From the sequence record PZ166176.1: a stretch of DNA of 64,000 nt. One strand, 5' to 3'. The notes beneath the pieces are model-generated. The model saw nothing but the letters and a program-made list of their open reading frames with translations. It was not told where the DNA came from and ran no database searches. Both the position numbers and the translations under genes were made by a program. This document shows, one piece after another, positions 29,078-38,057 of this stretch. Position 1 is the stretch's first letter, and each line of letters starts with the position of its first letter. Source of the stretch: a phage.

Positions 29078-29871
29078 TATTCCTCCTTTCTAATGTTCTC
29101 CAGAACCCACTGAAGTTCTTTTAAACTTAAACTTCTTACTCCCGCAGTTTTACTAGCTTCAGCTTTAAGTAACGGGTAAGCCTCAATGATACGCGTTTTA
29201 AGATCAGAAGTCAAGGCTTTTAAAAAATAGGTAGATGCTTCAGATAAAGAATCTTCTTCTGATAACACTTTACCTGCACTTGCTCCCGCTCTCCTAACAG
29301 CTATATCGTAGTCTTTACTGTTACCTAATACGAACAGTCGATTCTCTCCTAAAACAACGGGAGAACGCTTCTCGTTGCGTTTAATCCATACTTGGAATAC
29401 ACAAGGAACATCCCAAGGTTCTCCATGAAGAATAAAAGATCCTTTTGGACATTCTTCTTCGTAAAGAAGATGCATATGGGGATTTAGTTTGTGTGCAAAA
29501 AAGATTTTTTGAAATGTGCGAGGCAAGATAAAACAAATACCACCTTCGTTATCCAGCATTTCAGCACAATGGTTAAAGAATTTAATGGCAAGACTAGCAT
29601 TTTTTCCAAATGGAGGATTACCGACAAAAGCAGTTACACTACCAACAGACTCAACAGATTGAGCTAAAAAATCTGCCTCAATACAATCTTCAAACTTAGG
29701 GTCAATATCAAAAGAAGTTATGTTTTTAAAACAAGAAGAGAAAGCTCCTTCTCCCGCAGATGGTTCTACGTAGTTAGCTTCCTCTCCAAAAATTTCTTTG
29801 ATCTTATCACATAAGAACCCCGCATAAGCGGGGTTAGTGTAATATTGATCAAGTGTGTTCAACTTGCTCAA
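29077..29871 (-). CDS. N6-adenine DNA methyltransferase (gamma-class, TaqI-like)
   Basis: DQYYTNP (target-base motif), VEPSAGEGAF (SAM-binding motif I) then NPPFG (motif IV) in gamma-class order. Confidence 0.75.
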   Translation of the reverse strand: MSKLNTLDQYYTNPAYAGFLCDKIKEIFGEEANYVEPSAGEGAFSSCFKNITSFDIDPKFEDCIEADFLAQSVESVGSVTAFVGNPPFGKNASLAIKFFNHCAEMLDNEGGICFILPRTFQKIFFAHKLNPHMHLLYEEECPKGSFILHGEPWDVPCVFQVWIKRNEKRSPVVLGENRLFVLGNSKDYDIAVRRAGASAGKVLSEEDSLSEASTYFLKALTSDLKTRIIEAYPLLKAEASKTAGVRSLSLKELQWVLENIRKEE

Positions 29872-29880
29872 TAGTCCTCC

Positions 29881-30312
29881 TTAGTTGTTAGCGAACTCAA
29901 TAGTGAGGTCAACTTTACCATCATCAGAAATAACCATGTTTTTAGTATTTTTAAAGATGATATCTACTTTACCTTCACTTACACGACAAAATGCAACACC
30001 ATCTGCAACTTTATCGATATAATATTTGTAAGAAAGAATACCCACTTTACTACGACCAGCACCTTTTGTGAAAGAAGGGCTTACATCGAAACGGAAACCT
30101 TTAGAAGAAACAACACGGTAAGAACGTCCAGTTGGGATATGTTCAATAACAGAAACATTGTTCTCAACAACTTTTACAGCAAACTCTTCAGGATGATCCT
30201 CAACAATCATATGTGGGATGGCAAATGCCAACGCTTGTTTGTGTTTAATAACACCAGCACCCAGAGCACCAGCAGCTTTAACTTTTGCATTCAGATCGAT
30301 TGTCATACGCAT
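29881..30312 (-). CDS. hypothetical protein
   Basis: 143 aa ORF with AGGAG RBS downstream of a sigma70-like promoter. Confidence 0.45.
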   Translation of the reverse strand: MRMTIDLNAKVKAAGALGAGVIKHKQALAFAIPHMIVEDHPEEFAVKVVENNVSVIEHIPTGRSYRVVSSKGFRFDVSPSFTKGAGRSKVGILSYKYYIDKVADGVAFCRVSEGKVDIIFKNTKNMVISDDGKVDLTIEFANN

Positions 30313-30345
30313 TTTTACTTCTCCTCTTGTTTGGTTGATGAGACA

Positions 30346-30374
30346 AGTATAAGTCCCTTCCGCAAAGTTGTCAA
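30346..30374 (-). promoter_or_regulatory. sigma70-like promoter (TTGACA-17 nt-TATACT)
   Basis: On the - strand: TTGACA, 17 nt spacer, TATACT, then AGGAG RBS and the ATG at 30312. Confidence 0.55.
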
Positions 30375-30380
30375 CAGGTA

Positions 30381-30406
30381 TTTTTAATAAAAGGGCCGAA
30401 GCCCTT
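30381..30406 (-). terminator. rho-independent terminator after primase-helicase
   Basis: GGGCTTCGGCCC hairpin overlapping the stop codon, followed on the - strand by TTTTATTAAAAAT. Confidence 0.6.
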
Positions 30407-32183
30407 AATAGTTGCTATCCGTAGGCAAATTAGCAGGATTGTTGAAATACTGCTCTTTGTCATGCAGAGTTGCAGTTCTAATGTCATAGTAAAACTGCCC
30501 TGCCGGACCAGTTTCCGAGAACTCACGGTTTTTTAGGATAAAGCAATGAGTCGTATTGCGTTCTACAGGGTCTTCAGCGGCTTTATCTCGTTCCAAAGCC
30601 AAGGTAATACCAGCACCTTTAGCCAAGAAACTACTACCCATTGCATCGTCCTCTGTTAAGTGTTCATTGCCACCATTAGCCGATTTCTTAACGTGTGAGA
30701 TGACGATAATAGTTATAGCATACTCTTTCATGATGCGCTTCAACCATGTTGCTAACTCTTCCTGGGCTTGAACATCCATACCAGAAAGCAAATCAGAATA
30801 AGGGTCGATAACAAGAATTGTTACTCCAAAATAGATGATCATCTCCAAAACTTTTTCTTTGATAGACTCCACATCTGCTCCACGATCATCACACACATAA
30901 AAACGTGGTGATCCATCTTCTCTTTCGTAAAAATCTAGGATTTTTTCTTTATTCTCTTCCAAGATTTGAAATTTCTCTTCCGGTGTTTTCCTGTGCAGAG
31001 GAATATGCAGGAACGAGGACAACAGGTTACGAGAGTATTTCTTATAAGTTGCTTCCAAGGACAGAATGCCGAGGGTATGTTCTGGGTGCGCAACAATAAT
31101 ATGTTTTGTGATCTCGTTCACCATCAAAGTTTTACCGATACTGGTCTTTGCTAGGATGACTGTAATCTCTTCCTCTACTAAACCACCACCCAGCATATTT
31201 GCAGCAACACGCATAAAAGGGGGCAAGGTAATCATCTTGGATTCCAAGCATTCTAATGCAGCTTCATACAAGACATTAGAAGCATAAACACCTGCTGGGG
31301 TGTATAGACGAGCACTCCAAAAAGCCTTTACGAAATCCTTTGCACGACCTTCTTCCAGATACTGATTGGCATCCTTAAGATCCATCTGCATACGGTAGAC
31401 TTTGTTACGAGGTAGCACCTTAACAATATTTTCAAATGCCTCATTACCTGCTTTGTCATTATCCATGCAAACAATAATCTTCTTAAATTTTTCAAAGAAA
31501 GGATATTGTGCCTGAACTTGTTTATACATACTGGTTTCACCAGTTGTGCCACTAACTACTGCTGGAAGTTCATATTTGTTGTCCAAGTTTTCAGACAGCA
31601 TTTGATAAGCTGCCAGAGCATCGTGTTCACCACCTGTAATTACCACAGTATGAGAACGGTCTGCAAAACGAATTTGTCCAAAAAGATCTACATCTTTACC
31701 TACTTGACCAATAGGTTTACTGAAATCTTTAGGATGAATACGACGCTTAAAACCAACCAATTCTTTACCGATGGTAGTTGGATATAAACAACTTTCTACT
31801 ACCATCTGATCCCCTTCCTGACGGTATTCATAACGAACACCATAGAAAGATGAAACTTTTTCTTTAATGCCTCGATAACCACGTGGGTTGGCTGATGTTT
31901 CTTGAACAATTTTACGATGAATCTGTTTATTAAATTCCGAACCCACAATCTCCTCCTCTTCTTCTAAAACTTCACCATTTTCTCGTAACCATTCTACGCT
32001 AGGAATAGTGTATTCACACGCAAAGCACTTAGCACCTTTATGCTCTCCATTAGAATCTAATCCATAAACCATCAGGTTATTACGAGAGCGATCCTTGCCA
32101 TTTTTCATGCAGCGCGGACAACCTGTATGCCCTTCCTTGCTAAGATCAACATCAAATCCATATTTAGTTATAATGTGCGACAC
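30405..32183 (-). CDS. bifunctional DNA primase/helicase (T7 gp4-like)
   Basis: N-terminal zinc finger (CPRC...CFAC), TOPRIM-like IVCMDNDKAGNEAF, DnaB-type Walker A (ILAKTSIGKT) and Walker B (LVIDPYSDL). Confidence 0.8.
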   Translation of the reverse strand: MSHIITKYGFDVDLSKEGHTGCPRCMKNGKDRSRNNLMVYGLDSNGEHKGAKCFACEYTIPSVEWLRENGEVLEEEEEIVGSEFNKQIHRKIVQETSANPRGYRGIKEKVSSFYGVRYEYRQEGDQMVVESCLYPTTIGKELVGFKRRIHPKDFSKPIGQVGKDVDLFGQIRFADRSHTVVITGGEHDALAAYQMLSENLDNKYELPAVVSGTTGETSMYKQVQAQYPFFEKFKKIIVCMDNDKAGNEAFENIVKVLPRNKVYRMQMDLKDANQYLEEGRAKDFVKAFWSARLYTPAGVYASNVLYEAALECLESKMITLPPFMRVAANMLGGGLVEEEITVILAKTSIGKTLMVNEITKHIIVAHPEHTLGILSLEATYKKYSRNLLSSFLHIPLHRKTPEEKFQILEENKEKILDFYEREDGSPRFYVCDDRGADVESIKEKVLEMIIYFGVTILVIDPYSDLLSGMDVQAQEELATWLKRIMKEYAITIIVISHVKKSANGGNEHLTEDDAMGSSFLAKGAGITLALERDKAAEDPVERNTTHCFILKNREFSETGPAGQFYYDIRTATLHDKEQYFNNPANLPTDSNY

Positions 32184-32195
32184 TTTGTTCTCCTG

Positions 32196-32474
32196 TTAAA
32201 ATGGTTCGTTAGTCTCCATCATATATTCTGCTTCTAGTTCTTCCATATGCTTTCTAAATTGGAAAGCAATTTCTGCTACAGTTACATTTAAATCTTTTTC
32301 AAAAACTTCTGTAGAGCCTTCATAAAAACGAATACCGTCAATTAAAAGCCCTCCGTGGTAATCCCAATCACTTTCACGAGAAAGCGGGTTAGGCTCTTCA
32401 TAATAGTAATCCACCTCCACAACTAAGGCTTTCCCGTTACGAGTGGTGTATTCAAAATCAAAAGTGTTAATCAT
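32196..32474 (-). CDS. hypothetical protein
   Basis: 92 aa acidic ORF. Confidence 0.4.
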   Translation of the reverse strand: MINTFDFEYTTRNGKALVVEVDYYYEEPNPLSRESDWDYHGGLLIDGIRFYEGSTEVFEKDLNVTVAEIAFQFRKHMEELEAEYMMETNEPF

Positions 32475-33418
32475 TATAGCTCCTCAAATAAAAGTCTACG
32501 ACGCTCATTCAACACATCAATGTGATAATGAGTCCTGACATACTTAGCTAATGCTAATCCTTTCTCCATGCAAACATCGGGAGCACTTAATAAGTATTCC
32601 GTAATATCTTTCCACTCGGAAGGTGTTTCAGCAAAGAATAACAAATCTTTAAACTCTTGTGTATGATAATTCTCACGAGGAGAACAGATCAAAGGTAAAC
32701 CCTTAGCACCTGCCTCAAGAATTTTAAGATTGCTTTTTGCATTATTAAACACGTTATCAATCAATGGCGCAAGACTGATTTGATGACCATCGTAAGATTC
32801 CATGTAGTTGGCATATGGTCTTACACCTTCATAAACACAAGTTGGTGCTACATTTTCTCTGATTACAGACCATTCACGACTACTTAAAACTTCAGAATCC
32901 CTACGAAAACCACATATTGTAAGATCTTTACCAAAATCGGGCAAGATAGCCAAATCTTGTTTATGTGTTTCACTTCCAGCCCAGACTAATGGAGTTTTGG
33001 AGTAGCGATCACGGGTCAACACAAATTGACCTTCATCATAAGGAAGTCCATTAGGGATTATGTGCACATTATCATTGTATTGTGAAAGTTCAACTTGCAA
33101 GGCAGGTGTCGTAGTTGTAACAAGATCACTGTGCTCTAAAAACCATTTTAAATGTTCACGAATACCTGATTCAAAAATACCTTCTAACATGTGTCCTTTT
33201 GGAATAACTAAAGAGTCATCCAAATCCATAACCATTTTAAAGCCTAGGTTTTTAAGGGCTAAAAAGCCCTCTTTACCTTTTGTTGGCACTCCGTTAAAAA
33301 CGAAAACGTTGTATTTAGGTTGTGAAGAGAACTGCCTTGAGTAAGGCAGCACTACCCTATGGAAATCGCAGACACTATAATTGATTCCGTTACGATTGTC
33401 AAGAATTATTTGTCCCAT
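32474..33418 (-). CDS. glycosyltransferase, GT-B-like (paralogue 1)
   Basis: 314 aa; paralogue of 33426..34373 (shared VWAG...SNLKILEAGAKG-x-P-x-CS); the LEAGAKG-P motif resembles the GT-B C-terminal motif. Confidence 0.45.
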   Translation of the reverse strand: MGQIILDNRNGINYSVCDFHRVVLPYSRQFSSQPKYNVFVFNGVPTKGKEGFLALKNLGFKMVMDLDDSLVIPKGHMLEGIFESGIREHLKWFLEHSDLVTTTTPALQVELSQYNDNVHIIPNGLPYDEGQFVLTRDRYSKTPLVWAGSETHKQDLAILPDFGKDLTICGFRRDSEVLSSREWSVIRENVAPTCVYEGVRPYANYMESYDGHQISLAPLIDNVFNNAKSNLKILEAGAKGLPLICSPRENYHTQEFKDLLFFAETPSEWKDITEYLLSAPDVCMEKGLALAKYVRTHYHIDVLNERRRLLFEEL

Positions 33419-33425
33419 ACTTCAC

Positions 33426-34373
33426 CTACAAACTTTCAATAACCTGGCGTCGCAACTCATTTGCATCTGCCAGATTATAATGTGTTCGAACATGTTCAGC
33501 CAAGAACAAGCCACGATCTTCCCGATAGTTTGGATTGCGAAGAAGCTTAACAATTTCGTAATGCCATTCTGCTTTGTTCTCTGCGTAAGCAACAGCACGA
33601 GCATCTACAGGGTTAAAATAAGGTAATACCTTAGAACAAACAATCGGAATACCCTTTGCTCCAGCTTCTAGGATTTTGAGATTACTTTTACAATTATTAA
33701 AATCATTATCTACCAAAGGAGCTATAGCAATAGCATGACTTTCGTAAACACTCATGTAATTATCTAAATCTTTTACAGCAGCTTTATATTTAGCATTTGG
33801 TAAATTTCTGCGAATCTTAATCCACTCTTGTCCCGTGATGCTCTGCGATGCTTCATATCCCGCAATAGTAAGAAGTTCATCATCGAAAGTATTAGAGACT
33901 AGTCGTAAATCGGGTTCGTGACTAGCACCGCCAGCCCATACAACAGGGGTACCGGATGAACGATCATTTGACAAAGTGAATTGTCCACTATCAAAAGGAA
34001 GTGCATTTCGGATCACAACAACATTCCTATTTAAGTGACGGATCTTATATGCCAAGTATTCCGTAGTCACAATAACCACATCAGCAAGCTTAACCATAGC
34101 CACAATAGCATGAGTGTTTGACTCGTATAAACTTGCTAAATAATGCTCTGGATTAAGTTGGTAAAAATCATCTAAATCTACAACAACCTTAACACCTTGA
34201 CGTTTCAAAGATAAAACGTATTCTGCACCTTTAGAGTGGATACGGTTAAACACAACAATATCTTTCTTAGGTTGAAAATTATTGTTGTTAAATGGCATAA
34301 CAATACGATGATAGTCACAACCGCTATGAGGTTTTGCATCAATTTTTAGTTTAGACCATTTTTTATTTGACAT
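33426..34373 (-). CDS. glycosyltransferase, GT-B-like (paralogue 2)
   Basis: 315 aa; co-linear similarity to 32474..33418 (HRIVMPFNN, VVDLDD, VWAGGASHEPDL, KSNLKILEAGAKGIPIVCS). Confidence 0.45.
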   Translation of the reverse strand: MSNKKWSKLKIDAKPHSGCDYHRIVMPFNNNNFQPKKDIVVFNRIHSKGAEYVLSLKRQGVKVVVDLDDFYQLNPEHYLASLYESNTHAIVAMVKLADVVIVTTEYLAYKIRHLNRNVVVIRNALPFDSGQFTLSNDRSSGTPVVWAGGASHEPDLRLVSNTFDDELLTIAGYEASQSITGQEWIKIRRNLPNAKYKAAVKDLDNYMSVYESHAIAIAPLVDNDFNNCKSNLKILEAGAKGIPIVCSKVLPYFNPVDARAVAYAENKAEWHYEIVKLLRNPNYREDRGLFLAEHVRTHYNLADANELRRQVIESL

Positions 34374-35046
34374 GTGCTAGTGCCTCCTCATAGGAAATTC
34401 GGATTTTCCCATTTTTAATATCCTCTAAAGATGCTTTATATTCTTCCCAGTTAATCCCGATAGCAGCTTCTTTCTCTTCTTTTGTCAGATTAGCAAAAGG
34501 CATAGGGTTGTTTCCAAAAACATCGTCTGGGTGGATATAAGCCATGATACGAAGTGGACAAGGTGTTGCCTGAATACCATGATTCAAACCAGCAGCTTTC
34601 AAACGGTGTCCCCATTCGGCATCTTCAAAACCATAACCGTGAGTGTAAGGGCGGAAATAACCCATCTTCTCAACAACGGCACGAGAATACATTGCAAATT
34701 GACACATTGCAAGTTCCCAGAGAATAACTTCTCCTTTGCTTCCAACAACTTTATCTTTGAAGTACTCCGGCATACCAAAGAAATCCCATCCTCCAGAAAC
34801 AGCTTGATCTACAAAGTATGTTTCCCATCCTTCCATGACTGGGTAGCAATCGTCGTCAAAAATAAACCAATAATCATAACCTTCTTCATAAAACTGGTGC
34901 ATAAGTTCATTCCTGGCATAAGCTACACCTTTACGGTCTGGATCGTTGAATACTCGAAAATCTGCACGTGGATCTGTTACAAGGTAGTCTTTAAGTGGGC
35001 GGACACCTACAGTGATAACACCCACTCCGATTTTAATATTTTCCAT
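34363..35046 (-). CDS. glycosyltransferase, GT-A-like
   Basis: 227 aa; acidic DxD-type region WFIFDDDCYP and YGFEDAEW. Confidence 0.4.
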   Translation of the reverse strand: MENIKIGVGVITVGVRPLKDYLVTDPRADFRVFNDPDRKGVAYARNELMHQFYEEGYDYWFIFDDDCYPVMEGWETYFVDQAVSGGWDFFGMPEYFKDKVVGSKGEVILWELAMCQFAMYSRAVVEKMGYFRPYTHGYGFEDAEWGHRLKAAGLNHGIQATPCPLRIMAYIHPDDVFGNNPMPFANLTKEEKEAAIGINWEEYKASLEDIKNGKIRISYEEALAHVK

Positions 35047-35054
35047 TTTCTCTC

Positions 35055-35618
35055 CTAAATAGTTTTACTGTGATCGTGACAGTGTAATAAATGATGTATA
35101 GACCGTTGAGGATTTGTTTGACCTAATCTGTAAATGTGAAACAGATACATTCCCCGCATCAATCCTAACCTCTTTCCTTTTTCATGTAAAGTGCGAGAGA
35201 AAATTAAGTCGAATTGGATAGATTTTTCTTCGAAATGAATTTCATTCCACAATGATTTTCTAAAAAGCAAAAAGAAACCTGCCAAAGGTGTTCCGAAAGG
35301 AACTTCTTCAACACTCACTTTATGATATTCTCTTGCAATCTTAGCATATTCTATATGGTTTAGAATATCTGGATCATCGTTAATTTGGTTAGAGAAAAGC
35401 TGATAACCACTGCCTAACCTGTTACAAGTTGCACCTATTACATCAAAAGGCGGGTTTGACATAACAAGCTCTTCAAGCATAGATGGTTGATCAGGTAGGA
35501 GGAACATTGTATCGGTATCTCTTAAACACACCCAACTATCATCTGGAAGAACGGCAATGGCTTCATTGATAGCCTTGCCGATATTTCCTGTCAGATAGGG
35601 AGTAATATAATAAATCAT
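35055..35618 (-). CDS. putative glycosyltransferase, GT-A-like
   Basis: 187 aa; LRDTDTMF DxD-like motif after a Rossmann-like N-terminus; weak. Confidence 0.3.
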   Translation of the reverse strand: MIYYITPYLTGNIGKAINEAIAVLPDDSWVCLRDTDTMFLLPDQPSMLEELVMSNPPFDVIGATCNRLGSGYQLFSNQINDDPDILNHIEYAKIAREYHKVSVEEVPFGTPLAGFFLLFRKSLWNEIHFEEKSIQFDLIFSRTLHEKGKRLGLMRGMYLFHIYRLGQTNPQRSIHHLLHCHDHSKTI

Positions 35619-35634
35619 TCTCCCCTCCGTTATA

Positions 35635-35826
35635 TTAACTGTCGGCTACAATCCCGCGTTTAATCATTTCCTGTTGGATTTGGATGACACGATCTCGTGC
35701 TTCCATGTATTCTTTAAAAGATTCTTGAAGATGGTCACGAGCTACGTCTCGTAGCTTAATCAGCTTGTCGTTTGTCACTTCTTGAAGAGAGATTTCGCCA
35801 GTTTCATTGGTCCCAAGCGTTTTCAT
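35635..35826 (-). CDS. hypothetical small protein
   Basis: 63 aa charged helical ORF. Confidence 0.4.
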   Translation of the reverse strand: MKTLGTNETGEISLQEVTNDKLIKLRDVARDHLQESFKEYMEARDRVIQIQQEMIKRGIVADS

Positions 35827-36034
35827 TTACAACCTCCTTAATAGCTACTGCACAGTTCTTACAAATACATTGACCTTTGTTCTTAGAAATTTCAATGTAA
35901 GGTTCATTTTCGTTTTCTCCGCGTCGTGAGTCGTATATTACTGTATTGAAGCAGACAACGCAAATGTTTTTAATAACGACATATTTTTGCACTTTCTGTT
36001 TAGTGCGAAAATTGACTTCAATGACTTCTCCCAT
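35804..36034 (-). CDS. small zinc-ribbon protein
   Basis: Start moved to the ATG overlapping the upstream stop (TGATG); CVVCF...CICKNC cysteine pairs. Confidence 0.4.
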   Translation of the reverse strand: MGEVIEVNFRTKQKVQKYVVIKNICVVCFNTVIYDSRRGENENEPYIEISKNKGQCICKNCAVAIKEVVNENAWDQ

Positions 36035-36318
36035 CAGTGAATCTCCCCTAAAATATTGTTTTGAGACATTACTGCGGAGCATTCTACAGCATCATGAGTC
36101 CTTGCAAAACGCTCCCACAACACAGCATCTACTTTAAGAACCATACAAGGATAAATACTGTCGTTGATCATGTCAATGCTATATTTATCTACATCCTTTT
36201 CATCTTCCATAAACAAAGTAGCGTATGCTTCTAAATGCTTACGGGTGTAGTATACATCCTCTTCAGTAAGACCGACAACCAGGTAACTTGCTACAACAAC
36301 AGTATTATCTTCTTGCAT
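36034..36318 (-). CDS. hypothetical protein
   Basis: Start moved to the internal ATG (MQEDNTVVV) one nt after the SleB-like stop, with an AGGGGAG RBS. Confidence 0.4.
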   Translation of the reverse strand: MQEDNTVVVASYLVVGLTEEDVYYTRKHLEAYATLFMEDEKDVDKYSIDMINDSIYPCMVLKVDAVLWERFARTHDAVECSAVMSQNNILGEIH

Positions 36319-36319
36319 T

Positions 36320-36841
36320 TTAACTCCCCTTTGGTAGATAGAAACCATGCACTTTATCTCGATAAACAAGACGCATATCACGTTCCCAGTGTGTCCTTAT
36401 ATTCCGTTTCTTGAAGTATAGAGCACCTTTAGTAACATCTAAAACAGACCGCAATTCAGGAAAATGTTTCTCTAAATAAAGTAAACGCTCCGCTATTGCT
36501 TTTGCTTCCTGCCACTTATCTTTCTCTGTTACGTTAAAAGTTTTCGCATATGAGAATTGTCCTTTCTGGAACAAGACTCCTCTGACTGTGTTAGGGAAGT
36601 AGGTATCATTTCTTCTGTTGATTACCACGTTCCCAACGGCATTCATTCCTTTTTTACCCAGACCGCGACCTTCTGCGTAAATTGCACAAGCTAATAGAAT
36701 TTTATCATTATATTGCTTTGTACATTTGTGAACTACTTTAGCGGTTTTTACGTTTGCAGCTTCGGCTTTCGCCACAACAGGTGTAAATGTAAAAGCAGTT
36801 AAGGATAGTAACGCAACTGTTACAAAGTTTTTTATCAGCAA
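36320..36841 (-). CDS. secreted cell-wall hydrolase, SleB / Hydrolase_2-like
   Basis: Signal peptide (LLSLTAFTFTPVVAKA) then LACAIYAEGRGLGKKGMNAVGNVVINRRNDTYFPNTVRGVLFQKGQFSY; apparent TTG start 7 nt after AAAGGAGG. Confidence 0.6.
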   Translation of the reverse strand: MLIKNFVTVALLSLTAFTFTPVVAKAEAANVKTAKVVHKCTKQYNDKILLACAIYAEGRGLGKKGMNAVGNVVINRRNDTYFPNTVRGVLFQKGQFSYAKTFNVTEKDKWQEAKAIAERLLYLEKHFPELRSVLDVTKGALYFKKRNIRTHWERDMRLVYRDKVHGFYLPKGS

Positions 36842-36873
36842 ATTTTGCCTCCTTTTTAAGTTAACGAATTTCT

Positions 36874-36902
36874 AGTATAGCACGATAGAGGCTTTATTGC
36901 AA
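36874..36902 (-). promoter_or_regulatory. sigma70-like promoter (TTGCAA-17 nt-TATACT)
   Basis: On the - strand: TTGCAA, 17 nt, TATACT, about 25 nt before the AAAGGAGG RBS; same -10 as the promoter at 30346. Confidence 0.5.
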
Positions 36903-36922
36903 GAGGGGTATTTCTCCCCCTC
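36903..36922 (-). terminator. hairpin downstream of the TerD gene (weak terminator candidate)
   Basis: GAGGGG-N8-CCCCTC hairpin between the TerD stop and the promoter; no clear T-tract. Confidence 0.3.
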
Positions 36923-36940
36923 AAAATCATTTGTTAATTA

Positions 36941-37543
36941 TTATGGACATTCATACCATTCTTTTTTACCACCGAAGGCCATCACCACATCACAAATATC
37001 CAGACCAGCTTTACCTACACCATATGCTTTCAGCTTCCATTCCCCATCTTCACGGACCAAGGAAGCCACGTGGCAGATTGTGTTGCCAGCTACTTCAGGA
37101 GCCAGGAAGTCAAAATCCAGAATTTCCACATTGCGCTCGGAGTCGAAGATTTTAAGCATACCTTCAGAAGCATGACCAAAACGTTTCAGACCTGTATCAT
37201 CATCAATGGTCAGAACAAAGGCAATCTCTTGTGCATCAGGAGAGATTTTAGCTAGAGTAATATCAATCTGCTCCATGCTGCCAGTTCCATCACGAACATC
37301 GTCACCAGCGAAGGTAGAACGTTCAGGATCAAACTTGTTAGCATAGCAAACCAGATGACGTGCAGACAGCATTTCAGGATTGCCAGCGGCATTGTGACGA
37401 CAAACCAGTGCACTTACATCCAGATCCAGTTTAGAATCAGATTTCCAAGAGAATTCAAGGCGCAGTTCTTTCAGAGCCGGAGCAACTTTCTTCAGGGAAA
37501 TTTTTTCGCTAGAGCCTTTTTTCAGGGAAATTTTATCAGTCAT
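36941..37543 (-). CDS. terD: TerD-domain protein (tellurite resistance TerD/TerE/TerZ family)
   Basis: 200 aa; co-linear with E. coli TerD as recalled from memory: ISLKKG...ISLKK vs VSLSKGGNVSLSK; LDLDVSAL vs FDLDASAF; GDDVRDGTG...IAFVLTI vs GDNRTGEGDG...IIFVVTI; EDGEWKLKAYGVG vs HNGEWKFRAVGQG. Confidence 0.85.
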   Translation of the reverse strand: MTDKISLKKGSSEKISLKKVAPALKELRLEFSWKSDSKLDLDVSALVCRHNAAGNPEMLSARHLVCYANKFDPERSTFAGDDVRDGTGSMEQIDITLAKISPDAQEIAFVLTIDDDTGLKRFGHASEGMLKIFDSERNVEILDFDFLAPEVAGNTICHVASLVREDGEWKLKAYGVGKAGLDICDVVMAFGGKKEWYECP

Positions 37544-37558
37544 CTTTTGTCTCCTCTA

Positions 37559-37828
37559 TTATTTAAGTGTAATACCAGTTACAGTCAATTCTACTTCCAA
37601 AAGCTTAGATGTGTTTTGGATTGATACTAATTGTGCATGATGGTTTAGTTCTACAGCAGAACAATCATTTTCCCCATCATCTACTTTTAAATAAACAATG
37701 ATTTCACTAAGGTCTAAACCATTTTCGTCAAATGCATTTTCATAGACGAAAGTATCTCCTACATCCAAATCTTTAATGGTAAGGCATCGTTTATTTACTT
37801 TTTGCTCATCAATTTCGAAGTTTAACAC
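37559..37828 (-). CDS. hypothetical protein (paralogue of 38850..39194)
   Basis: 89 aa; shares DLDVGDTFVYENAFDENGLD and a C-terminal LEVELTVTGITLK with the 114 aa ORF. Confidence 0.45.
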   Translation of the reverse strand: MLNFEIDEQKVNKRCLTIKDLDVGDTFVYENAFDENGLDLSEIIVYLKVDDGENDCSAVELNHHAQLVSIQNTSKLLEVELTVTGITLK

Positions 37829-38057
37829 TTCTTCCTCCTAATGTTATCTCCGGTTTGTATATACGAAGAATTATAGCATTTTCATTTTCTTTGTCAACCC
37901 ATTCTTCATAATCGGGCCATACATGAATCTCTACTCTACTTACAATATCTTCCATTCGCACAGTCCCAATGAAATACTCTTTGAGACTGCGCATAATGAA
38001 AGCTTCTCTCTCGCGCCAATAATTTTCTATGACTTGAGAGGCAAGCTCGTCGATCAT
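37809..38057 (-). CDS. hypothetical protein
   Basis: 82 aa ORF, ATGA-coupled. Confidence 0.4.
   Translation of the reverse strand: MIDELASQVIENYWREREAFIMRSLKEYFIGTVRMEDIVSRVEIHVWPDYEEWVDKENENAIILRIYKPEITLGGRSVKLRN

Noticed and set aside
34531-35058. 175 aa + strand ORF inside the glycosyltransferase block
   Set aside because: Entirely antisense to the GT-A-like gene 34363..35046, which has a coherent acidic DxD-type motif; no independent support.
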